This document shows positions 63,748-64,000 of a stretch of DNA of 64,000 nt, in pieces. The first letter of the stretch is position 1; each line of letters starts with the position of its first letter. This DNA comes from a virus. Its lineage: Duplodnaviria > Heunggongvirae > Uroviricota > Caudoviricetes. The translations under genes and the position numbers were made by a program. The stretch lies in the IMG/VR virus record IMGVR_UViG_3300003310_000099, positions 106,295 through 170,294 of that record. One strand, 5' to 3'. Below the pieces are notes generated by a model. The model did no database searches, was not told where the DNA came from, and was given only the letters and a program-made list of their open reading frames with translations.

Positions 63748-64000
63748 TTTGCCAGACGGTACACCCGTCGAAGACTGGATGGTGTCGGACAAACCTCCAA
63801 AACAAATTTTGGAGGAATATAAATGGCGTGGTTTTTCTGATGGTTTCCGTGGACAACCAGCAGCATCCGTGTCAAATTATGTCCAACCGCAAACCAGCTA
63901 CTTCGACGGGTTTAATGAAGGGCGTCAAATGCTGGAACGCATTCAAGAAGTCGCCCAAGAAGAATATCCTGATGATCCGATGGGCATGAATAAAGTCATG
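63734..64000 (+). CDS. Hypothetical protein (partial, runs off the window end)
   Basis: Manual translation MSSSNLPDGTPVEDW..., open to base 64000. Confidence 0.55.
   Translation, partial: MSSSNLPDGTPVEDWMVSDKPPKQILEEYKWRGFSDGFRGQPAASVSNYVQPQTSYFDGFNEGRQMLERIQEVAQEEYPDDPMGMNKVM

Noticed and set aside
1-64000. Genome-wide TAG recoding (genetic code 15), suggested by the CTA tRNA
   Set aside because: Recognisable genes (clpX, folD, prs, PARP, fibre genes) are full length in code 11, and several end in TAG at their expected C-termini.
1-64000. CRISPR array
   Set aside because: No regularly spaced identical repeats with unique spacers; the tandem repeats found are in-frame coding repeats.

Overview
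A 64 kb, AT-rich, densely coding segment of a large, probably T4-superfamily-like bacteriophage genome (jumbo/huge phage). The phage call rests on gp32-like and gp23-like paralogs, Gly-rich fibre genes, free-standing homing endonucleases, tRNAs and scattered host-like genes. The host cannot be determined from this window. Layout: (i) 1-4.3 kb, small minus-strand genes around a non-coding gap that folds, element by element, into a compact RNase P RNA (about 242 nt, specificity domain almost absent) with its own promoter; (ii) 5.0-11.3 kb and 19.0-32.3 kb, two converging blocks of paralogous virion/fibre-type proteins; (iii) between them, 11.3-18.1 kb, a glycosyltransferase/methyltransferase island, then a tRNA(CAT) and an HNH gene; (iv) 32.3-64 kb, accessory genes: pyrE, prs, folD, csrA, clpX, site-2 protease, sigma factor, WGR-PARP with ADP-ribosylglycohydrolase, RNA-repair-type enzymes, IF-1, a stand-alone EF-Tu domain II, an amber-suppressor tRNA(CTA), and a 181-nt RNA that folds as two tRNA elbows joined through one shared anticodon helix. 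A recurring TT(T/G)ACA-N16-TAnnnT promoter motif occurs at least nine times. All protein and RNA assignments are by visual motif recognition and manual base-pairing; no database searches were run.
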